From Tubiluchus corallicola (lineage: Eukaryota > Animalia > Priapulida): 64,000 nucleotides of DNA. Under the pieces are notes generated by a model. That model searched no databases and was not told where the DNA came from. It was given only the letters and a program-made list of their open reading frames with translations. The DNA lies in NCBI GenBank assembly GCA_030141605.1, contig JAQGDQ010002367.1, positions 248,001 to 312,000 of the forward strand, written 5' to 3'. Every line of letters begins with the position of its first letter. Position 1 is the first letter of the stretch. Below, one piece after another: positions 14,201 to 27,700 of the stretch. Both the position numbers and the translations under genes were made by a program.

Positions 14201-17200
14201 GGAAATTTTGACACACACTGAAAACATCATCCGTCTCAGTACTTGCCTCTTCTGAATAGACCATAACCTGAACAACAACCTGCCTAAAAGTTTTTGGCAG
14301 TAAGTGAATTCTGAATTTGGAAGCCAGTTTTAATGTAGTTCAGTTGCATTAAATGCTGGAAGAACAGACGAACAGACAACTTTAAATTAGAATTCAAAAT
14401 CTCAAATTATTAGCTTTTCTGCATTTCATGTTCCTGTCACATTAATTATGAATACAAACTTGTTCTGTTCTGGAATTGTTCTGGAAATGTTCAAAAACAA
14501 TCTTGATACTTCAAGTAGTGTATTTAGTCAACTTTTCATGTTCACATTAATTTTGTGAGCAATTTTCTGAAATGCTTAACCCTCTCCGACCAGCAACCAT
14601 TTTTGCACACAGATATAAATAAATACAGAAGAAACGCTACTGTTTTTTAATATATTGGTTTAGGGCTGTAAAGGACAACGATTGCAGCGATGCAGTAAAA
14701 AGCAATCCAAGAAATGGGTTGTTCTTGTACCTAAGGACTTGCAGAGAAGGATCAGAAATCAGAAAATCACAAACATTAACTAATTTAAGATTACATTAAA
14801 TACCTGCGGCATTGCAGCTGCCATACTAGTAATTGGACCAGTAACTCCGCCTCCTCGCTGAGCTAATGTGTGTAATGCACTCATTGGATCTTGTGCATTG
14901 CCTGTTGACTGGCTCGAGGAAAGATTTCCCATTGTACCAACATTAGGTTGCATCTGATCCAGCATTGCCGTGCCACTTTGTCCTTGCTGTTTCTGCACAT
15001 TTTCTGCATAATATAAAAATACGAATTCAGTAAGAAGTCAGTTATGCCAGAAGCACACGTCCCACAAATCTGACAAAAAATGAAAAATGCAACTTGAGAT
15101 TTTTTAAATGAAACAAAGGCACAAAAATAAAAATAAGTGTGTGTGTGTGTGTGTATGCATTCAAGTTCTGGGATCAAGTCCTGGTTGGTCCACAATTTTT
15201 CAGCACTTCTTTCTTCAGTTAATTAGCCAATAGGGCAATTGTTACAATGAACGCATGCGCGTTTCTCCTTATGCATATGTGCATACATGAGTGCTTTCAG
15301 GTGTACGTGTGTGTGTGAGGCATAAGAATGCGCGCACCTTGCATAAGCGTGCATGCTTGGCTATTTTCTCAAACATTTATTCATAATTATAGGCTTGCAA
15401 CATATCAAACAAATAATCATTTCGTAAAATGTTCCTCTTTTATTCTAAAGTAACTGAAAATACACAAAGACCAAAAAGAGAACAAGTTCAAAGATTTGAA
15501 TTATTAGACGAGAAACTGGAGACTGCAGATCAAAAATACTGGCTCTGTCAGTAGATGCAAAATTTGTTCAAGTATATTTGTTTGCAGATTTAGGTTTCTT
15601 TTTTTACAAAATGACGTCAACGATTGAATTCAAGCAAGCAAACAGAAAGAATGTCAATGCCAGTATTCATTCTAGTATGTTCACAGCTTTGTGATGATCA
15701 GTTGTAAATTGATGAAGCCCAAGACTTTTTTCAAAATGATGTTATTACAGCCATCTTGAATTCAAGGTGGTAGATGAAAAATTTGACTCTGTCAATCAAT
15801 GCAGAGTTTGTTCTAATATATTCCTATACAGTTTCATGACAGTCCATTATGAACTGGCGGCCTTGGTCTTTTTTTGAAAATAATGTTATCGCCGTCGTCT
15901 TGAATTTAAAATGGCAGGTCGCAAATATGATTCCGTCAGTTGATGTAGAATTCTTTTTAGAGCATCCTTTTAATGTTTCACGACGATTAGTGGAAAAGTT
16001 CTCGCCGCCATATAGCAAATCCGACTCCATAAGGCGATGCAGAACTCACTCTAGTATACTCCTACCAGTTTAAAGTTGCATGACGATCTGTTGCGAAATG
16101 GTGAAACATTATGTTTTTCCAAAAAGAATGTTATCGCCACTATCTTGAATTCAAAATTGCAGATCAAAAATTCACTGAAGTCTGCTTCTGTAAAGTTTTG
16201 CAACAATACATTGGAAATTGGTAGATCCTTAGGCTTTTTTCCAATATAGTGTTATCACAGCCAACTTAAATCAAAAAATTCAAATCGGAAATCCAACTCT
16301 GTCTTCCCATGCAGAATGCGTTCTAGTATATCAGTGTGATGTTTCATGACAATCCATCGCAAACTGGTGGAGTCTTAGGCGTTTTTAAAGACTCTACAGC
16401 AAGAACTACAACAACAACACCACCATCCAGAAAAGCAGCGATTTGGGTGGAATCTCTTGGCTGGTTGTTTTTTGCAAAAATTTTGGGAGGCCCGTTTCTA
16501 TGTGGGATGCTCCACTTTGTTACATGTTTAGCATCTACACATGCTAGTTTGTTAAATTAATTTCCAGAATGGCAAACATTTTTGAACAAACAACATGATG
16601 GTGACAACAAACAAAAGTTTGACAGTCACAAAGCCATAAATAATTAAGTAGACCCTACTATATAATCAGAAATATTTTACAGTATTATAAGTATTAAACT
16701 ATCAAATAGTTTAAACAAACCTTTTTATGTAATGACTATTTAGCATACACACATTTTGAAAACGATTCTCTAAAAGTGGAAACCTTAACTGAGGGAAACA
16801 TTACAACAACTAATATTCCCAAATTTTTTTGAATAACTTTAGTGCCAGAAACAAACTTCATTTAGCTGCTAACAAACCTTCACAATATTATGTGCATACA
16901 CATAGATCTCAACAAATAGGTCCAACTCGGATAATGCATGATAAATAGATACTTACTATTATATTCTCGAAAATGAATTATGAGACGTGCTATAAACTGC
17001 AAATATTCTTCCTGAAAAATTTCAAATAATCAGTATAATAAAATTGATATTCCAGTACTTTAGAGTTAATAGTAATATTCCACCATTAAACAACACTATA
17101 GTTACATATAACTAGGACCTGCCAAATAGTAAGATAAAATAAAGTAATAAAAAATAAATATGCAAATTTATATCAACTCATATGCAGATAAATAGCAATA

Positions 17201-20200
17201 AGCTAGTGAATTAGTTTTAAATTTATGTTAGATATTTCACGAACAATGAAATTATTTCTATTAGCTGTACAAATTAGAGTCAGCAATGACAAAAAAATTA
17301 CAGTCACGCTGCTAAGCAACCGACGAAAAAGTTAAAAATAGCTAAAAGATTTTTTTGAATATTTGTACCACAAATTCTATAGCAATAACTTTATTGATGC
17401 TGAATATGCTTTTTCTTGCGGGAGTCGTATACCACAACTCAGGTGTTAAATATTTTTGGAAAAATGTAGCTTCAGTTTGTCAGCGTTGTTCGAATTTACA
17501 CAATTTTAAGAAATAATTTTTGGAAGTTATAGTAAACAAAATAATTTGTATTCTAAACTATAAGTAATAAACAGTTACACCAACGAACCAGTAAACATAG
17601 TTATAAAAAATTTCGACCGGATTAACAGGATTAGCTTTGATTCCTACCTAATAAGTCTTTTTGGCATAATAACCTGTTTATAGTGTAGAAATCACAAAAT
17701 TTGATATACTCTGCATTTAAACTTTATTTACTTAACTAGTGTAAAAATTGTTTAAATTGAAAGGAAATTGTGGATTGTACCACGCTGATTTCAATTGCAT
17801 GTAGCTTTATAACAGATGTATAAATCATCTAATTAATAATGGATAAAAGAAACAAAACCAATGCACCTTTGTCTGCGCCTTGTTGAAAACATGCGTCTCC
17901 ATCTCGACTGGTGATTTGTTGGTTGGGTTTTTTGACTGCTGCAATGCTTCCTCTCTATAAGATAGTTAATACTAAAAGTTAAAATGGGATTATTCATTTG
18001 TATATATGCAGTTACAAGCTGAGATACAACACTCATTGTCTAGCCTGCTTCATGTATTAGCAGATATTTTTTAATATTAGCTAATATTTTTCTCGTAGGC
18101 TGTACCAGCGATGTCAGTTTAATTATGTTTCTTATTTAGACAGACTGTCGGAACTAGAACTGCAGCCACTCGAATTGAGACGCATTGTCTGTGATCTTAA
18201 GATGATATACAAAATTTGTCATAAAATACAGGGTTTAAGTTTTGATGATTTTTTCCAGTATGCTTTAACCATTCACTTGCATGGTCACAGCTTTAAACTG
18301 TTTACAGTTTTCTCGAGATTAAACGTATCAAAATTTTCATTTGCTAACAGAGTTGTAAACATTTGGAATGCTCTAGACTCTCACGACGTGCTCGCTACCA
18401 GTTTGTCGGTTTTCACTAAAAGATTAGCTAATATTAATTTACTGCCCTATTGCAACTTTATCCGAAACATGTAACATTGTCATTGGCATAATTGGCTCTC
18501 TCCAAATCGTATTATTGTATAAAACGTGTTGTATATAGTACATAATTCATATTTAGGTACATTTTGTTAGGAGCTTTTTAATGAGAGATATTCAATTTTA
18601 GGGACTTGTTTTTATAAATTTTATTTTTGCGCATCTTTTTATGTTTTATAGGATCAGCATAAGTGTGCATGCGCCTGCTGATTCTTTCTTTTATATAATT
18701 TTAATATATGTAGAAATGTCAAACAAACTAAACTAAAAAGATGAACCAAGTGACATCTTAACTAATCATGCTAGCAAATTTTGAACTCATTGGATGAATG
18801 TTATTGGGATTGAAAAAGGCGTGACGGACAGGGTGAATGAATCACCACTTTTCTCTAGTACATGAAATTTCGAAAAACTGTTGTGACAATTAAGTATCAC
18901 AATTAACACACTCACAACCACTACAACGATAATTAAGTAACATAATAAAAAATACAATTATAATTGTAAATAGAACACTACCTACTTTTATAGACAAGTA
19001 TTATAATAACACTTAAATCGGACAGATTTTGTAATATATAATAAACAGCTTAAAGTAAATTAAGATGAGATGACTAGCCACATAACTTAAATAAAATTAA
19101 CAACCATGTAACACAATTTAAGAAAAAGAGAAAGAATTATTAAGCACATATTATTAAGCTACAGTTAAATTTTGAAGACATAATATACGTTTGCATATCA
19201 TACATAAGCAGATAATTAACAGAGTCAGACAGATCATTGGATCTACAATAATGGAAGAGGTTATATATAAATTTATTTAATATACTGAATTATACTTCTT
19301 TTATATTATACATCTCACTAGATGTTGTTATGTTTGTTATGCTGTGTTGCTATGTTTTTTTGTATGTTTTAAATCTTCAATAATCTTTAAAATCTCTATT
19401 TTTCACTGACGGAGCAAGTATTAAAATTGACATAAGGTTAGAAGAATAGTAGCTATTTTAGTAAGAAAAGGTAAGTGCATACTATTACATACAGAGCATT
19501 TCAACAAAAAATGTGCTGGAGTTTTAACCTGTAGATCACATTTATTACATATGGGTGACAAACATTAAGTGCGCTTGTAAAGAAATTTGAAGCATGTGTA
19601 CCTAGCACATTCGACATAATAAAGCAGCAGCATACCTACTTCATAAAAATAATAAGGTTCAAGTGGAGGACGTTTCAACATTTTAACTAATGCCTTTTTA
19701 AAACTACTGATTGATGACTTGTGTCGAATTCGTCAGGCAACCTATTCCATAAATTAATACACGATGGATGAACGAGCTGCATTGAAAGATCATATTAAAT
19801 ATATTTCACCAACATTAATGACTTAGAATTACAAGGACAATACACAGTTCTTTCATATACTCGAAGTGCCAGAATAGAAGTTAAATAGAAATGGGCAGCA
19901 TCATTAACAATTTTACAGAAAAGGACATTTTGTGAATATATCTTTTATTAGACATAGTTTCCCATGACAAATCGTCCAAAAGTCTTTGGCTAATTATGCA
20001 CCACTGAAAAAAACCTGCAACAATTAGGGTTGTAGAATAATGTGTTTCTTCAATGGATGAAGCGTAGCTTTCAGTACAATTATCCCAAAATACAATTACA
20101 ATACTCTAAAATTGTGATTTTTCTTTGTCTTTTCTACAAAATATTTTTACTTCAAAAGTGTTTATGATTTGTGCAGTAATATTTCTTAAATATTACTCTA

Positions 20201-20905
20201 TTTTAGCTCATTTTCACAAATCACTGCCAAAAACAATAAATTAGAAAAACAAATTAACGTTTTTAATGCTACTGTGCAGTTTTTCTCTTTTGCAAAGTTG
20301 ATTGCACAATTACGTTATTTATTTACTATTGTTTCCTTATTTTAGCTGTAGCTTTGGTGATTCTTTCCACAAAAAGCTAATTATTGGGAAAGTGCAAAAA
20401 CAGTGATAGTGTAGACATAGACAGTACTAAACTCATACATTAATGTACAAGGCAAGCAAATAGCTAACACTAAATACATTAACCTAATTTATTTAATTGC
20501 AGTTGCAAACTTTGATATTAGATTAAACAACTTATAAAGACAGGATGATCTTTCACCACTCCTTCTCTTTTACTTGTTATTTTATTAATACATAATTTTT
20601 GTAATCTCATAGGTGCACATAAACTTTCTCAATTTGAATTAAGTGCGTGTCGTATTCCAAAAGTTACTAATAAACATTATCATATTGTGACGCGCAATTA
20701 TTATTTTGCACATAAAAACGTGATTGTCACATGCTACAAAAGCACATAAACAGTACACATACATCGTACAGAACTAAGAAAGAGATACTTACATCTGGCC
20801 TCTTGCCTTCTGTCTCAGCTCTTGAGTACGCCAAAGCTGATCATTAGAACTGTCTGGCAATAAGTTATCAGACGAATTGTTAAATTCCTGCCCGTCGGAA
20901 GCCAT
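2296..20905 (-). CDS. MED15: Mediator of RNA polymerase II transcription subunit 15 (15 coding exons)
   Basis: Exons 20793-20905, 17867-17954, 16957-17011, 14804-15003, 13505-13865, 12918(or 12933)-13045, 12051-12164, 11612-11700, 10456-10589, 9720-9851, 8740-8870, 7060-7319, 5076-5350, 4682-4779 and 2296-2349, all GT-AG and phase-consistent. KIX domain (WRTQELRQK...EMETHVFNKAQTKEEYLQFIARLIIHFRE), Q/P/M-rich middle, EEQAYWDKLQQLSKYIEPL, LNHTLQRTFGP, IPDVLQGEVAQLDERFRVNLD, and C-terminal ITAILNAW-EMSIRQAC. Confidence 0.95.
3330..4452 (+). mobile_element. Tigger/pogo DNA transposon, internally deleted, in the last MED15 intron
   Basis: Frameshifted DDE C-terminal transposase remnant in ORFs 3546-3998 (DQGIIENCKRKYR...WKDVSVSSIANCFRKAGF) and 3991-4227 (ending KKQAKITDFF). 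Right TIR ...gtccattatagcgaggtttgactg followed by TA at 4451-4452. Repeated cgctataatggac motifs at the degraded left end. Confidence 0.85.
4460..4705 (-). repeat. 43-bp tandem repeat (~5.7 copies) containing the MED15 exon 14 3' end and its splice donor
   Basis: The agctta(c) motif recurs at 4460, 4503, 4546, 4589, 4632 and 4675. The minus-strand unit is gtaacagccatactcattgcatgg|gtaagctatctatccactg. Confidence 0.95.
6043..6658. mobile_element. Putative MITE with degraded terminal inverted repeats
   Basis: Left end ggggacatgacatttgggcatgagacatt versus the reverse complement of the right end gggtaagtgacactttggcacaagacatttg. No coding capacity. Confidence 0.45.
7229..7312 (-). repeat. Coding CAG/CAA poly-glutamine tract in MED15 exon 12
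   Basis: Encodes QQPVQQQQSQQQQLLHQQQQQQQQQQQ. Confidence 0.9.
15610..16420. repeat. Interspersed repeat built from degenerate ~120-245 bp modules (non-autonomous TE-like, possibly Helentron/HINE type)
   Basis: The motif aaaat(g/a)atgttat..gccatcttgaattcaaaatgg...gactctgtc...gttctagtata...tttcatgac recurs near 15731, 15877, 16122 and 16243. The class assignment is a guess. Confidence 0.5.
18140..18740 (+). mobile_element. CR1/L2-group LINE 3' fragment, antisense in MED15 intron 1
   Basis: ORF 18175-18474 (RRIVCDLKMIYKI...HGHSFKL...FSFANRVVNIWNAL...FTKRL) is the typical post-RT C-terminus. It is followed by an AT-rich 3' UTR ending in aaact repeats at ~18725. Confidence 0.8.
19660..20120 (-). 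mobile_element. Degraded CR1/L2-group LINE 3' fragment
   Basis: Minus-strand remnants LEYCNC..WDNCTE (~20070-20110) and PSCINLWNRLPDE..SISSFKKAL (~19690-19770), with frameshifts. Confidence 0.6.
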
Positions 20906-21002
20906 GATAGGTACTGTACATCACGAAGAGGTGATCCCAAGTTTTCTACGCACCGCTAAAAATATATCTACGTTTGTGACGCCTATAAGTTTGTGATGCA
21001 CC

Positions 21003-22095
21003 GGACCACTAATGTGCCCAATCGCCATGCAATTAACCACCAACGCATCTAGCCACCTTGCATTCAACAACTAAAGCACAAAACCACTAATGCACCAAAC
21101 CAGTGCACAGTCAATCATTAACGTACCCAACCAGCAACCACCACACCGTCAACCACTAACGTACCCAATCACCATGCAGTAAACCTCTAATGCACCTAAC
21201 TACCACACAGGCAACCATTAACTCACCCAGCCACCATGCAGTAGACCACTAATGCATCCAACCACCATGCAGTCAACTACTAATGTACGCAATCACCTTG
21301 CAATTAACTACTAACACATCCAACCACCATGCATTCAACAACTAAGCATCCAACCATAATTACTAAACCATTAAATCACCAAATCACTGCACAGTCAATC
21401 ACTAATGCACCCAACCAGCAAACAGTGCACCGTCAACCACTAACCCACCCAACCACCATGCAGTCAACTGCTAATGTGCTCAATCACCTTGCAATTAACT
21501 ACTAACACATCCAACCACCATGCATTCAACAACTAAAGCATCCAACCACAATTACTGAACCACTAGATCACCCAATCACTGCACAGTCAATCACTAATGC
21601 ACCCAATCAGCAACCACCACACGGTCAACCACGAACCCACCCAACCACCATGCAGCAAGCTACAAATGCACCCGATCACGATGCAGTCAATTACTAATTT
21701 ACCCAAAAATCTTGCAATTAACTACTAACACATCCAACCACTGTGCATTCAGCAACTAAAGCATCCAACCATAATTACTGAACAACTAAATCACTCAATT
21801 ACTGCACAGTCAACCACTAATGCACCCAATCACCATGCAGTAAGCCACTAATGCACCCAACTACCACACAGGCAACCACTAACTCACCCAGCCACCATGC
21901 AGTCAACCATTAATGTACCCAATCACCTTGCAATTAACTACTAACACATCCAACCACCATGCATTCAACAACTAAAGCATCCAACAATAATTACTGAACC
22001 ACTAAATCACCCAATCACTGCACAGTCAATCACTAATGCACCCAATCAGCAACCACCACACGGTCAACCACTAACCCACCCAACCACCATGCAGC
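21003..22095. repeat. Minisatellite, ~31-bp monomer with ~190-220 bp higher-order structure, ~100 bp upstream of the MED15 ATG
   Basis: Monomer approximately aaccactaatgcacccaatcaccatgcagtc (21151, 21182, 21213...). The block caattaactactaacacatccaacc recurs at 21301, 21492, 21715 and 21931. Confidence 0.95.
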
Positions 22096-24799
22096 TGTTG
22101 TGATACTGTTGGATAGTTTGCATACATGTCTGCTTTGTCATGTTGGGACTGCAGCTCAAAAGGAGAAAACATGGGATTTCTAATTTCAATACCTGTTGGC
22201 GGGAAAGTCCCGACTGACTCTCAACCTTTCAGCGTTTCCTTCTTTCTTAACTCATTGGATGCTTACTAACTGTTGCTATACATTATGCGAAATTTAATGA
22301 TTAATTAATTCAAGCTTCCCCTATCATAATTTAGTGCGTTTATTTTTTTAAACTTGAAAATGTCCATAGAGTATTTCGTTCCCATTCAGTTTGACTGATC
22401 ATTACAAATTATACAAAGTTCATTACAAATTCTATTGGTTAAAATTATTTCCAAAGAGAAAGACTGACATTGAGCACCACTAAACTGTCATTTCGTCGTC
22501 ACTGTCGCCTACCAGTTATTTTATCTTTTACAGACAATGTTCACTTTCAAAACGAACTGTGCGACTATTTCATGTCGAAGTGTAAAAAATATTAATAATT
22601 AATTATTCCAAGTAAATTTTTGCTAAAAGTTTTAATATAATGCGTTATTGTTTCAAAACTTTTAAACTCCCGCTATGCGACGATGACTCTGTGCATTAAT
22701 ACTGACACCGCCTTATCCTGAACGTCAAAAGATCTCTTTTATAGCTTATCTCCACTTTTTCTCGGCGAATGTTATAATCTAAATTGTCTTTATGGCTTTC
22801 CAAAATTTGTATTTCTGCTTTTGATGTCACCATTGACGTTGGGTAACAACGCAAACTGATGTTACCTAAAATAGAATATGCTTCGCAGTATCCAATAGAA
22901 GAATCCAAGCATCGACTGAGATCAATGCACGTTCATACTTTCGTAAGTTAGTAATAAATTTAAACTTTTTTTGTCTTAGTGTTTTGACTAAAATGACGAT
23001 CTAGTTTATGAATTTTACAGATGAAACATGGATTACGCTGTAATATGTTAAATATACCACAATAACCAACGAAGATTTTATCATTTTTTATTAAAAAATA
23101 ACAATAACAATGTTTCTATTACACTCTAACAGTAATCAACCAACATGTAACAAAAAGTTTCTCGTTGCGCGTGATGACGCTGCTAGTGTGCAGTTGAAAT
23201 GTTTTAATTTCTTAATGAAAATCTTGAAAAAAATCATTGGTTATTGTGAGATATTTAACAAATTTGTCGTCCTTGCTATATTGAGAATTTGAAAGCTACA
23301 ATGTGTCCTTTCTTAGGTAAATCGTGATGGTTTTTGTTTGTAATATCATTAAAATGTTACGTCATATACGGATTTTGACACTCATCACGCTACAATTTCC
23401 GGTAGGCCACGTCACCTCTATGAGAAAACTAAACAGGATGCGGAGACGAATAGTGTGACTCTTGTTTGAAAATGGTTTTGTTAGTTTACTGTTCCACTTT
23501 TGAAGAGTTTTGCCAGCACCAAGATTTTACGTTGCCTATCCAAAACCAGCGAAGCGACAAGTTCACTGTTTGTAGCAGAAAAGGTGAAAGCCTTGCAGGC
23601 ATGAACAGCCACATAAGACATAATGCTGTTTTCGAAGAAAATGCTTGGCAAAGAGGCATGTAATGCAGCATAAAGATTACTAGTCTATCGCTGTCATCAC
23701 TTTAAATTTGGGAATTATTATGTTTATTGACAGGATTAACTACCCACGATATTATCATCTGATAATAAATAATGTTATAAGAGGAAAGGTGCTGTCGACA
23801 CATGCGACTGTAACGACTAAATCGGAAGGTTGTGGGCCAGTAAGTAACTTACACTATTTTAGATTTACTCGAAGAAAATTCTATTGCAAAATTATTTGGA
23901 ACGCTTGAACTTTAATCGCTGAAGTTTCATGCTATTTTTCTTATATAATCATAATTTTATTCTGGTTTACATTGTAGTGGGTGAACTTATATGGCAGCAT
24001 TATGGTACAGCCAGTATTTTTAGGTTTAAAAGCTGTTGAAAATAAAACTCAAACGGTCGATTATTTTCATTTATAAGATCTGTTTGACCCTATGTAGATC
24101 GGGTAAAGCTGGACCTGTGTTTTTACAATGTTTATTGTTTTTATATTGAATGAAAAATGTTTAGTATTCATTTGCATTCTACACATAATGACAAAATGGT
24201 CAAATAAATTCTGGTTGATTTGTATTGCACGCTGAAATAAAAAGCTTAATTTAATTGCCTTTGTCCTGTATTTTAAAGACAATCGTTCAATGTACGTTCC
24301 TCGTTCATTTGCTTTGGAACTTGTTTGTTAAGTTTATTTGAGGTCTGCGATTGAAAGTCCTTTCAATTCCTGTAGCAATATTTCTTTACGTCACGCTTGT
24401 TTTACTGCGAATTTTTAGATACTGGCGCATGACTGAATTACCTGTTAATGTGATAGTTTTTAATTTCGATCTAAATATATGTTTGTGTGTCATGTGTCCA
24501 CTTACAACTCTACTCTAATGTGTACGGAGCTATAGGCTACAATTCACTTTTGCAACTGTTATAGGTTAAATATCATGATCTTGTAAAGTTGGATGTCGGG
24601 TTAGTATAAGTAAATTGTTGTTTCCCATACGGGTCTGTTTCTCATAAAAAACTGTGCATTTTTTGTGTATTTCAGGATTATTTCAAAGATGTTTTAATGA
24701 TTGCTAGAATAACTACTATACGCTGACAAAACGGTAGCAATGACAACAGCTGTGGAGTTTATTAACACAATAGCAATCTTCGCCTCAAGTTAACCAATA

Positions 24800-27700
24800 A
24801 TGCCACCCCAAGAAATCGAACCTCCGGACGGAGATTACGGGTGGGTTGTTGTTCTTGCTTCAGCCTGCATCCAAGGGCTTATCACTGGGCAAATCAAATC
24901 ATACGGAGTCATAGAAGTTGCTCTTGTTGACGATGAAAAACTCACGTCAGCAAATCTTGCTCAATGGTTAATAGGAGTGACCAGTACGCTGGCTTATGGC
25001 CTAGGTTAGTCTAAAATCCATTATTATAGGATAATGTGCATTATAATATATTTTAATAATCTGCTGCATATTGCTGCACGCCAAGAGCACTTGTTGCACA
25101 AAGTTAAACCATCAAATGAGTCGCAACATCAAGACAAGAAGTTGAGCAATTTTGAAGTAAAGGTTGAATCGTACTGAAAGAATAGCAATACTAAATGAAA
25201 ATGGCTTATGACAAACAAACCACATTGCGCTGTTGGTTAGAGATGATCTGTGGATGGATCCACAGTGTTGAGTTAACAGCAGTGAGAAGGCGACCAAGGG
25301 GGTAGCTTAATTATTCTTCATCCGAATCATCGAATGAAACAAATTGCACTCACAGTCATTGAATTTCTGAAATCAAACTTGACTGAAAGGAAGGAAACCT
25401 GAAAATGGCTTAGTGGGTATTCAGTGTGCAACACACTGGTTATCAGGTTGAGCACTGGGCTAGACTTGGAGGCTTAGCAGTTCCAGTGTAACGTAGAAAG
25501 AGACGATAAACACTCTACTATAATTTTTCTGTTTTCTGTTCATACAATGTATTACTGATTGTTGTTTTAGTAGTTAGGTTAGATAATGCAATATTAGTAA
25601 CTTTTTCATTAAGCACGAAACGTTTTCACCGTTGTTAAATAATATTACAGATTACGTGAGGAATGTTCAGGAAGATTAATATGATATTAATTACGGATAT
25701 TTTGGAGATTTCTCACGGGTATTTTCAAGCTGGTCAATGTACCCACTGGTTTTGCTTGTAGGTGTGATGCATGATTAGCTTATTTCGGTACGTCTTGGCA
25801 CTTGACAGTTAGATTGCTCCGGCCTCGTTTCTATAGGCCAAACCATCCCGGACGATATTGCCCTTTGTGCCGAGGAGCAGTCGACAGCACACAATTATTG
25901 TCAGCATTCATTGCTTAGCAATATAGCATTATGTAACAAATCACAAAATTCGTCATTATGTAACAAATTTTATATCGTTATGTAACTATCATTGTGCAAA
26001 TGTGTTCTAAGCTAACATATGGTTGGTCGTGGTCTGATTATTGGACTGGGAAAGTTTCTTTCTGGTCTGGCCTAGCCGGGTTTGGTCTGACACGGGTTTC
26101 TACCAAATGACTCTCTATAGGTTGGATCTTGTGAGGCGCAGCCTCTCCTACGGAATGTAGGTCCTCACTTTACATGTTTCTCCTTTATTCCCATCCTGAC
26201 AGAGGGAGTCGATGGCTTCGTTCGTCTTGTATAGTCAGTCCAGACCACACTGAGTGAGACCACACCAGGCAGATCTACTACTAGATCCAAACACACATCT
26301 AAAAGGGAAAGCCACTGACCCAATCCAATAAGTTTAGACCATAGCAAACCCCATATGTTAGTCTGCTAATTTATGCATCATTTTTGTTATGTAACTATTG
26401 TTACATAATCAGGTAAAATTTATTACATAATAAAAAATTTTGCCTTTATTACATAATTCAGCATTTTTTGTTACACAATATTGTATTGTTACACAAAGCC
26501 TCTTGATGCACAATGAATCTTCACACTAGTATTACTTGCTCGGTTAGAGTCACACTGCTTGTATTATTCTAGGACCCGTTGCAGCTTTGCTTTCCAACCT
26601 CTTTGGATTTCGAAAGATTGCATTTTTTGGTGGTATACTTGCTGGAGCTGGATTGTGCTTTAGCTACTTTGCTCACCACATTGGTGTGTTATTTGGCACG
26701 TTCGGCGTAGTCTTCGGTAGGTTGAAATTAAGCGATTTAAATTTGTTTGTGTACGCTAAACCTTTAGAATACGAGGATATGTATATATAGATATATATGT
26801 TACTTACATACTGTCTTATTGCGCACAGAGCTTATGTTAGCAGCAACGCTGTATAAAACTTGAACACTTAAACTCTGTGGCGTAGTTTAAGACCGTAAAG
26901 TGCAGCAGCCATTTTGATGTACGTTTGCAGCCATATGTTTGAAATTAACATTGCGTAAAGTTTCAAAAAATTTGAGCATTTTTAGCGCACACTTCACTAA
27001 GTAAGGAAACGCATAAATGACCTTGTCTTGCCAATGAGGTTAATAACATGAGTGGTATTCGGTGAGCGTGTTGTGCACACTGGGAAGGTGGGACAGTAAC
27101 GTTTTATCGGCTGTCACCAGTATTTTAAATTACTAAGATTTTTCCTTTCTAGTTGCTTAAGTATTTTAAACATGTAAGCGTAATGCAAAGTAATATAACT
27201 GTATGGAAATTTTTTTGGGGGGATTTACTTTAAAATTGCCTTTTCTTTCCTTTTGTATAACATTTGTAGCATTTCGCGTGGTGTTTCTGCCTCTTTTCAG
27301 GTTAATATTACTGTGCATGACTCTTTGTTTGACGTGTCTTGTTCGCTTACAATAAACTAATAACTAACATTAAAAATTAGATGTTTTTACGAAAGTCCCG
27401 CCAGTCATTACTGCTTTTACTCCAGGATTCTTACATTATGTTCTTTAAAATAAGTCCATATTAGTGTTTATCGTGATGTTACAAAATAATGCCACTTCTA
27501 CTTAAACGTTTTTTAATCAACAAGTTCTTTTTTATTGTTTAGCTTTGGGTGCTTCTTTATCCATGGTATCTGCTTCCAGCATTATTCCTCAGTATTTTAA
27601 GAAGAGGCTGACATTTGCGTATTCCTTAGTAACAATTGGCAGTGGGATATCAAGCATCGTCATGCCTCTCCTCAGTACTGTGTTGCTGCGAAACTATGGA

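Noticed and set aside
21003-22095. Repeat array as a possible CRISPR
   Set aside because: Degenerate head-to-tail monomers without unique spacers, eukaryotic context, and no cas genes.
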